Of a DNA stretch of 64,000 nucleotides, positions 57,672 through 64,000 are shown piece by piece. The stretch comes from Candidatus Latescibacterota bacterium. Lineage in GTDB: Bacteria; Latescibacterota; UBA2968. The DNA lies in contig OZ242195.1 of assembly GCA_965205975.1 (NCBI GenBank), positions 3,232,001 to 3,296,000 of the forward strand, written 5' to 3'. The notes below the pieces were generated by a model. That model did not search any database, was not told the DNA's origin, and worked only from the letters and a program-made list of their open reading frames with translations. Positions within the stretch are counted from its first letter, which is position 1; each line of letters opens with the position of its first letter. The position numbers were made by a program, and so were the translations under genes.

Positions 57672-57740
57672 TCAGGAGGAAAAAAAGGAGCTCGGGAGCG
57701 AAAGCAGATTATGAGTAGCGAATTGAGAGGAGATGCTATT

Positions 57741-57911
57741 ATGAAAAAACCGATATCTACTTATGAGCGACTGATGCAAGATCCACAGTTTAGAGAAGAA
57801 TACAAAAAGGAATACAAAAAATTGGCTCTTTCGGAATTGCTTCTGGCACTCATGGAAGGGGATGACAAATCGGTCCGAAAATTGGCAAAAGAAGCGGGTT
57901 CATTGATATAA
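57741..57911 (+). pseudogene. Truncated XRE-type antitoxin fragment
   Basis: STYERLMQDPQFREEY...SVRKLAKEAG ends mid-HTH; GGAG RBS. Confidence 0.55.
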
Positions 57912-57944
57912 ACTACTACTTGTAGCGTAATTAAAAATAGAAAT

Positions 57945-58343
57945 TCACCAAATGGTTTTAACTTCTGATTGTTGAATTCGATAATCTGTTGTGACAAGTG
58001 GTAGGCCGAGGTGCTGTGCTGTTGCTGCAATCATACGATCTGGCATATCGGGTATTTGATCGCGTGGGATATTTTCCAACTGTTCTGCAATCGCAAGATC
58101 AAAAGGGGCAACTTTGAATCCCGAATCGGATCGGTGCAATGTAGCTTTCAAATCAATCAAATTCTGTCGAGGCAATCGATTTTTCTCAGTCAAGTATATA
58201 ACCTCGACAATTGTTACTGATGACACATAGACTGGATGACCCGATGTAATTGCCTCTCGAATAGCCTGACGCGCAACAGATGAGAGGTCTGATGACCGTG
58301 CTAAGAACCAGATAAATGAATGCGTATCTACAACCAGAGACAT
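57945..58343 (-). CDS. vapC: PIN-domain toxin
   Basis: VVDTHSFIW, SSVTIVE, DMPDRMIAATA, LVTTD. Confidence 0.9.
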   Translation of the reverse strand: MSLVVDTHSFIWFLARSSDLSSVARQAIREAITSGHPVYVSSVTIVEVIYLTEKNRLPRQNLIDLKATLHRSDSGFKVAPFDLAIAEQLENIPRDQIPDMPDRMIAATAQHLGLPLVTTDYRIQQSEVKTIW

Positions 58344-58348
58344 TGCGC

Positions 58349-58615
58349 CTAATCCTTTGAACCAAATTTATGCCACATCTCTTTTCGGGCTTCGGCTATG
58401 TCTCGAGCGGTTATTGGATCCATCTGATCCCACAAGCCTTCGGGATTAAAGAGCTTGCCTTGATCAAATTCAGACGAATCTGGTGCGTTTGCCATAGGAA
58501 CGAGTTGAAAGGCCGAACCATCTTCCTGCGTAATAAACACTTTCTTTCCATTGGCCGCTTCTTTGACTAATGCTGCAAGACAGTTTTCCGCCTCTGTAAG
58601 ATTAATTTTGTGCAT
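58349..58615 (-). CDS. Phd/YefM-like antitoxin
   Basis: INLTEAENCLAALVKEAANGKKVFIT; directly upstream of the PIN toxin. Confidence 0.75.
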   Translation of the reverse strand: MHKINLTEAENCLAALVKEAANGKKVFITQEDGSAFQLVPMANAPDSSEFDQGKLFNPEGLWDQMDPITARDIAEARKEMWHKFGSKD

Positions 58616-58779
58616 ATTCTCATCCCTTCGGTATTCTCTAACGGCTGAGCGTTGTTCCCAGATGGTAATTATCCTCAAAAACAAAAAGTGTAGCAATAGC
58701 GCGATTTTGTCAACCGCATTTCAAAATAGTTCCTACTCACTCCAAAGAACATATGAATCGGTTTTGCTTTTAAAATTTC

Positions 58780-59709
58780 CTAATTATTGAGAATCTCATC
58801 AATCTCCGCCATCTCCTCATCACTGAGGTCCCAGCCAACCGTCGCGGCATTTGCCGTAACCTGCTCGGGCGTGGTAGCCCCGGCAATCACAGAGCACACA
58901 CAGGGATTGGCGAGAAGCCATGCAAAAGCCAGATCGAGAATCGTGTGATCGCGTTCCCGTGCAAATTCTTCCAACGCCTCCAGAATATCAAAATTCTTAT
59001 CCGTGAACATACCGCGGTCGCCCTCTGCCAAACGCGTGCCCTCGGGCGCTGATTCATCCCGGCGATACTTACCCGTAAGAAAACCACTGGCAAGGGGAAA
59101 ATAGGGCAAAATGCCAATACCGTAAGACTTGCAAAACGGCACAAGCTCTGCTTCAACCTCGCGGTCGAGCATACTATAGCGGGGTTGCACAGTCGAAAAC
59201 GCAACCAGATTCTTTGCGCGCGAAGTCCATATCGCCTCGCAGACCTCCCACGCCATAAAATTGGAACAGCCGATATAGCGCACCTTGCCCTGAGCAACGA
59301 GATAGTCAAGCGCGTGCAAAGTCTCCTCAATAGGCGTATTGGAATCCGTCTGGTGAATCTGATAAAGGTCAATATAATCCGTATTGAGACGTCTGAGACT
59401 CTCCTCCACCTCTTTGAGAATATGGTAACGCGAATTGCCGCGCATATTCGGTCCATCCCCCATACTCATCGACACCTTAGTCGCCAGAATAAACGCATCG
59501 CGCTTACCCTTAATCGCCCGGCCAATATAGGACTCCGACAGCGACCCCCCGTACATATTAGCCGTATCGATCAACGTAATACCCTCATCCAGCGCCCGAC
59601 CCATAACACGCGCCGTAGCCCTGGCGTCGAGGCGCCTGCCAAAATTATTCGTACCCAACCCAATAGCCGAAACCTGAAGCCCTGAATTGCCGAGTTGCCG
59701 ATATTCCAT
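58780..59709 (-). CDS. Aldo/keto reductase
   Basis: MEYRQLGNSGLQVS, DTANMY, LATK, DYIDLYQIH, GKVRYIGCSN. Confidence 0.93.
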   Translation of the reverse strand: MEYRQLGNSGLQVSAIGLGTNNFGRRLDARATARVMGRALDEGITLIDTANMYGGSLSESYIGRAIKGKRDAFILATKVSMSMGDGPNMRGNSRYHILKEVEESLRRLNTDYIDLYQIHQTDSNTPIEETLHALDYLVAQGKVRYIGCSNFMAWEVCEAIWTSRAKNLVAFSTVQPRYSMLDREVEAELVPFCKSYGIGILPYFPLASGFLTGKYRRDESAPEGTRLAEGDRGMFTDKNFDILEALEEFARERDHTILDLAFAWLLANPCVCSVIAGATTPEQVTANAATVGWDLSDEEMAEIDEILNN

Positions 59710-59723
59710 TTTAAAACTCCTCC

Positions 59724-60905
59724 TCAAAAAATATCACCCTGATACAACTGCTGCAAAAACTCTGCAACGGGCAAAACATCCACACCATCAAAATGATAGC
59801 TCCGCTTGCCCGTATAAACCCCCACCATGCGATCAACGCAAATCTGTGGAGATTGACTCATATCGCGCATCTGGCGTTCCCAGCGTCTATCCCACCGGTC
59901 AGACAGCTTAACTTCGAGACACACCACATGCGCCCGAGAAGATACTGTTCGCTTCCGCGTTTCAACAATAAAATCGATCTCCCCCCCTGTAGCTGTGCGA
60001 TAAAATGCAATAGAACGGTGTTTTTCTCGCGTGTGATTGTACACGCGCAACTCGTGATAAATCAACGTCTCCAACGCCGTTCCCAACCAGGCGCGGTCAA
60101 GCGGATCATCGAGCAAACCCGCTGCTGCACGCGCAACACCCGGATCAAACCAGTAGAATTTGGGTCGGGTCTGCTCTCGAACTTTAATATTCGGGCGATA
60201 AGCCAAAAGTTTGTGCCCTAAAAGCGTATCTTCCAGAATCGAAAAATAGATATCAATACTGCTGCGAGAAACCGCCGCATCTCGCGCCAGACTTTGCGCG
60301 TTAACCTGTTGGGCATTAATCTGGCCAGCAATACCTAAAAATCGGAGAAAAGGGGGCAGATTGCGCACAACCCCCTCTTCTTTAATCTCCTCTTTAATAT
60401 ATGTATTGACATACGCATCCAGAATATCGCGGGCATACTTGCGATCTAATTGCACCGTGGGCAACAAACCGTATTGCAGTGAAAAATCGAGATCAAAAAG
60501 CGCGCCGAGTTCTGCGCTACTAAACGACTCCATGTGGCGTGTAATTGCTCGTCCTGCAAGCAAATTAGTACCGCCCCGTCGCAATTTGCGCGCAGAAGAA
60601 CCGCAAAGCACAAACCGCCACCGTTTATTTTCAATCAACCGATGAACCTCATCCAGCAAAGCGGGAATTTTCTGGACTTCATCCAGAACAACCCAGGTCT
60701 GCTCTGGACGATCGCCGATCAGAGCCTCGAGGTGATGGGGCGACTGAGAGAGCGCGAGATAAAGTGAAGAATCGAGCAAATCGAGATACATCGCATCGGG
60801 CAAAACCTGGCGCAAATAGGTACTCTTGCCTGTTGAGCGCGGTCCAAAAAGAAAAAACGAGCGATCTGGTAATACCAGAAGGCGTTTTAATAAAGTATTT
60901 TCCAT
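59724..60905 (-). CDS. AAA+ ATPase (AAA_14 + DUF4143)
   Basis: GPRSTGKS, LDEVQK, LAGRA, PKFYWFDPG, EIDF...EVK. Confidence 0.88.
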   Translation of the reverse strand: MENTLLKRLLVLPDRSFFLFGPRSTGKSTYLRQVLPDAMYLDLLDSSLYLALSQSPHHLEALIGDRPEQTWVVLDEVQKIPALLDEVHRLIENKRWRFVLCGSSARKLRRGGTNLLAGRAITRHMESFSSAELGALFDLDFSLQYGLLPTVQLDRKYARDILDAYVNTYIKEEIKEEGVVRNLPPFLRFLGIAGQINAQQVNAQSLARDAAVSRSSIDIYFSILEDTLLGHKLLAYRPNIKVREQTRPKFYWFDPGVARAAAGLLDDPLDRAWLGTALETLIYHELRVYNHTREKHRSIAFYRTATGGEIDFIVETRKRTVSSRAHVVCLEVKLSDRWDRRWERQMRDMSQSPQICVDRMVGVYTGKRSYHFDGVDVLPVAEFLQQLYQGDIF

Positions 60906-60999
60906 ATTGCAAATTTACAAAACTATTGTAAAAAAACAATGCAAATTTACAAAACTATTGTAAATTTGCAATCTAACAGAGGCAAACTCGTATGTAAAA

Positions 61000-61818
61000 T
61001 TAAAAGGAATAAGATGCAGAAAGGGACAAAGGCGTGTGAGAGCGATTGAATTTAAGGCGGTCCAATGGGATAGATTGCCAGGTCTCATAGCTGGCGAGTT
61101 TGCCAATAATACTGCCGATACCGGCACCGACCCCAGAAATAACAACCGTTTTGGGACTCAGAACAATATTGGCAAGAGCGGACCATCCGGCCTCATTACT
61201 CCTGTTCAAATCGGACGAAGAAAAAATGACACCAATACAAAAACCCGTAACCAGACCGGCTTTGAAACCCTTCCCGATATGGGATGTCTTGCTCAGATTA
61301 ATCGACAGTTGATCGAGTTCCGAAGCCGTCAGGATTTTATACTCATCGCGATTATGTGTATCCGCCAAAACGATCAGAGAGTCGCTCACACTCGCAATAA
61401 TACCCCCAAACTGACTATCTGCTGCTTCCGCAATACCAACAACAGCCCGGTGCCCGGGTATAACGCCAGTCCGGGTCAAAAATCGACGCGCCTGAGGATT
61501 GAACTGCACGGCGATTCTTTTCGTCTTCTTTACGCGCAAATGATCAATAGACCGGTAAGGAATGCGGCGTCTATAGGGCAATTGATTTGTGATGATTGTA
61601 ACCGCATAACCCTGCGTGCGATTGACATAGCCTCGAAAACGCTTTTTTTGCGCGCCGGAAAAATACGCACCCTCGACATACGTCCCGATATCGAGTTTTT
61701 TTACTCTTTCACTCACATCACTCGCATAACTCTGCGTACAAAGCTGTCCCAGCAGAAATATCAGAAGTATCAAACAGGTCTTAAAAGCGCGAAAAAAAAA
61801 GAAAGACAAGATAGGCAA
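61000..61818 (-). CDS. Hypothetical exported/membrane protein
   Basis: Signal-like N-terminus and glycine-zipper segments; start uncertain. Confidence 0.55.
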   Translation of the reverse strand: MPILSFFFFRAFKTCLILLIFLLGQLCTQSYASDVSERVKKLDIGTYVEGAYFSGAQKKRFRGYVNRTQGYAVTIITNQLPYRRRIPYRSIDHLRVKKTKRIAVQFNPQARRFLTRTGVIPGHRAVVGIAEAADSQFGGIIASVSDSLIVLADTHNRDEYKILTASELDQLSINLSKTSHIGKGFKAGLVTGFCIGVIFSSSDLNRSNEAGWSALANIVLSPKTVVISGVGAGIGSIIGKLASYETWQSIPLDRLKFNRSHTPLSLSASYSF

Positions 61819-61835
61819 TCCGTGAATGGAAAATA

Positions 61836-62198
61836 TTACGTTTTGTCTTTGGATGGAATATAGCGGTTGGCGAGTTCGACATAATCCTCGCGAATCGGCG
61901 AGAAAATATCGAGAGCCACACAGGGACCATCTACTGCCTCGGCCCGGTGCGGCACATGGGCGGGAATCAGAAAAGCTTCGCCGGGTTCAACCGTGCGGGT
62001 CTCACCATCAATCGTGAACTTCATCCTCCCCTCAATCATCATCCCCCCCTGCTCGTGGGGATGGCTGTGCATCGGCACGACAGCACCCGCGTCAAATTCA
62101 ACGCGAGAAAGCATCAAATTCTCCCCATAAGGCGTCCGAATGCGCACGCCTGGTGACACTTCGTTAGCGGGATACTTGTTCCAATCAATAAATGACAT
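61836..62198 (-). CDS. Cupin domain protein
   Basis: HSHPHEQ...IPAHVPH...DIFSP. Confidence 0.9.
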   Translation of the reverse strand: MSFIDWNKYPANEVSPGVRIRTPYGENLMLSRVEFDAGAVVPMHSHPHEQGGMMIEGRMKFTIDGETRTVEPGEAFLIPAHVPHRAEAVDGPCVALDIFSPIREDYVELANRYIPSKDKT

Positions 62199-62227
62199 CT
62201 TGTTAAGCCTTAGAAAAGTTTGACTTT

Positions 62228-62674
62228 CTATCCTGCAGACGCACGCGCCTCCGCGTCAATCGCGCCAAAGAGTTGCCGCGTCATCAAACGGGCTGCACTG
62301 GCGTGCATGCGTTGTCCCACAGCGGCGATTGGCCCGCCGATTTGCACATCGCCCTCAAACGAAATCCGCGTATTCTCGCCTTCAGGGGCGAGTTCCACAA
62401 TACCCTCCCCCTTGACGAACCCGGTCGTGCCCTTGATATCGACCACCATCGTATAGCGCTCGGGCGGTTGAATATCTGAAAGCGTGACACTACCCGCATA
62501 TTTGCCGCGAACGGGACCAATCCCTGCGGAAACAGCCATATCGTAAACCCCATCTGCTCTGTGTTCCAGCTTATCGCAGCCGGGCATACAACGAGCGAGA
62601 ACCTCGGGATCGACAAGCAACTCAAAAGCGCGCTCAACCGACGCGCCAATGGTATGTGTACCCGTGAGTTTCAA
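62228..62674 (-). CDS. coxG: CoxG/SRPBCC family protein
   Basis: TTG after GGAGG; DPEVLARCMPGC, GG.IAAVGQR. Confidence 0.85.
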   Translation of the reverse strand: MKLTGTHTIGASVERAFELLVDPEVLARCMPGCDKLEHRADGVYDMAVSAGIGPVRGKYAGSVTLSDIQPPERYTMVVDIKGTTGFVKGEGIVELAPEGENTRISFEGDVQIGGPIAAVGQRMHASAARLMTRQLFGAIDAEARASAG

Positions 62675-62691
62675 AACGCCTCCTAAAAAAA

Positions 62692-62726
62692 TACAGCCCC
62701 CTTCCCCGAAAGAGAAGGGGGCTGTA
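62692..62726. terminator. Intercistronic hairpin between the FAD subunit gene and coxG
   Basis: TACAGCCCCCTTC-loop-GAAGGGGGCTGTA, with a U-rich tail on the - strand. Confidence 0.6.
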
Positions 62727-62729
62727 AAA

Positions 62730-63587
62730 TCAAGCTGCGCGTTCAATTGCCTGGCTCAATGCCCGTTGGGCAAACACGCGAGCCAAATGGGCGCGGTAAT
62801 CGCCAGACGCGTGGTGATCTTCCTGAAATTCTTCTACACCATCAGTCGCATGGGCCGCTGCATCGGCAACAGCGTCAATACCCTGACCCACAAGCGCGTC
62901 TTCGACCGCCTGTGCGCGGTACGCCGCAGGCGCAACACCTGTAACACCTACAGCCACAGAAGCGCAGTTGCCCGCATCATCCAGCGTCACCTGAGCCGCA
63001 ACGCCTGCAAGGGCAAAACCGGACGCAGATTGTCGCATCTTGACATACGCACCACCCGAATTCGCGGGCGGCGTAGCAATGCGAATACCAGTAAGGACCT
63101 CGTCGGGTTGCAAATCTGTGATAAAAAGATCCACAAAAAAATCAGACGCAGCAACCGCGCGTTCACCATTAGGGCCAGCAATATCGAATTGTGCATCGAG
63201 GGCGAGCATAGTCGCAGGCCAATCCGCAGCCGGATCGGCATGGGCGATACTCCCGCCCACCGTGCCCCGATTCCGCACCTGCGCATCGCCAATCTCTGCA
63301 GCGGTCTCGGGCAAAAGTGAACATTTCGAAGGCAACAAGCGATGGCTTTCCACAGCATAATGCGTGGCCAGCGCACCAATGGTAATGGTCTCATTGCCCG
63401 CCGTCACTCTTTTCAAGCCAGCAACACCGCCCAGGTCAATAACGACCGAAGGCGCAGCAAGACGCAATTTCATAGACGGAATCAGACTGTGACCGCCCGC
63501 CAGTACTTTGGCATCATCGCCGAACTCTTGCACCAGACGCATCGCGCTTCTCAGAGTTTTGGGTGCGTGGTAATCAAAGGGAGTCAT
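62730..63587 (-). CDS. Xanthine dehydrogenase/CO dehydrogenase family FAD-binding medium subunit (CoxM-like)
   Basis: LAGGHSLIP, IGDAQVRNRGTVGGS..HADPAAD. Confidence 0.9.
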   Translation of the reverse strand: MTPFDYHAPKTLRSAMRLVQEFGDDAKVLAGGHSLIPSMKLRLAAPSVVIDLGGVAGLKRVTAGNETITIGALATHYAVESHRLLPSKCSLLPETAAEIGDAQVRNRGTVGGSIAHADPAADWPATMLALDAQFDIAGPNGERAVAASDFFVDLFITDLQPDEVLTGIRIATPPANSGGAYVKMRQSASGFALAGVAAQVTLDDAGNCASVAVGVTGVAPAAYRAQAVEDALVGQGIDAVADAAAHATDGVEEFQEDHHASGDYRAHLARVFAQRALSQAIERAA

Positions 63588-63590
63588 CTT

Positions 63591-64000
63591 TCAAGTCTCC
63601 TGCATGAGTTTCCAGAGTTTTTCAGGACGCAAAGGCAGATCGATATGCCGCACGCCAAAAGGTTTCAGCGCGTCAATCACCGCATTGGCTATCGCGGGCG
63701 TAGAACCAATTGTACCCGCTTCGCCCACACCTTTGACACCCATCGGATTAACGGGTGAAGGCGTAACCGTATTTGCCAATTCAAAGCGCGGGAAATTGTG
63801 CGCTTTTGGCAAGGCATAATCCATAAATGAACCAGTGATCATCTGCCCGCTTTCATCGTAAATAGCTTCCTCGTAAAGGGCCTGTCCCACACCCTGTGCA
63901 ATACCGCCGTGTACCTGGCCCTCAACAATCAACGGATTGATAATATTTCCGCAATCGTCAACGGCAATATAACGCTGTATCTCGACCTCACCCGTATCGG
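63591..64000 (-). CDS. Xanthine dehydrogenase/CO dehydrogenase family molybdopterin large subunit (CoxL-like), C-terminal part
   Basis: Frame open to the window end: DTGEV..RYIAVDDCGNIINPLIVEGQVHGG...KGVGEAG. Confidence 0.9.
   Translation of the reverse strand, partial: DTGEVEIQRYIAVDDCGNIINPLIVEGQVHGGIAQGVGQALYEEAIYDESGQMITGSFMDYALPKAHNFPRFELANTVTPSPVNPMGVKGVGEAGTIGSTPAIANAVIDALKPFGVRHIDLPLRPEKLWKLMQET

Noticed and set aside
59724..60905. ATPase as part of a defence system
   Set aside because: Common standalone AAA_14/DUF4143 protein with no adjacent partner genes.

Overview
Bacterial chromosomal window. Most genes are on the - strand, and the + strand is visibly C/A-rich, especially in the first ~13 kb. 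The gene content (4 PhyH-type dioxygenases, 3 sulfatases, TonB receptors, a PorV-like barrel, T9SS-CTD-like domains, dockerin/EF-hand-like C-termini, archaeal-type PheRS and AspRS) suggests an FCB-group diderm such as Latescibacterota or Gemmatimonadota (inference). Main observations not visible in the ORF track: (1) two tandem, signal-peptide-bearing thioredoxin-fold proteins whose active site reads UGA-Pro-Thr-Cys with a SECIS-like hairpin, fused to 4-5 Ig-like repeats and a dockerin-like tail, i.e. probable surface-displayed selenoproteins; (2) an Asn/Asp-rich leader-peptide attenuator (NNNDDNN) before an archaeal-type AspRS; (3) a Phe T-box before archaeal-type pheS/pheT; (4) an Ile/Val/Thr-rich ilvB leader attenuator and a third attenuator of unknown signal before a VOC-GGT-methyltransferase unit; (5) a membrane-tethered ECF sigma with three T9SS-CTD-like domains; (6) a duplicated ECF-type promoter placed antisense in the leader of an outer-membrane operon; (7) several small palindromic repeat families nested inside each other. 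No rRNA, tRNA, CRISPR array or transposase was found. All assignments come from reading motifs by eye, without database searches.
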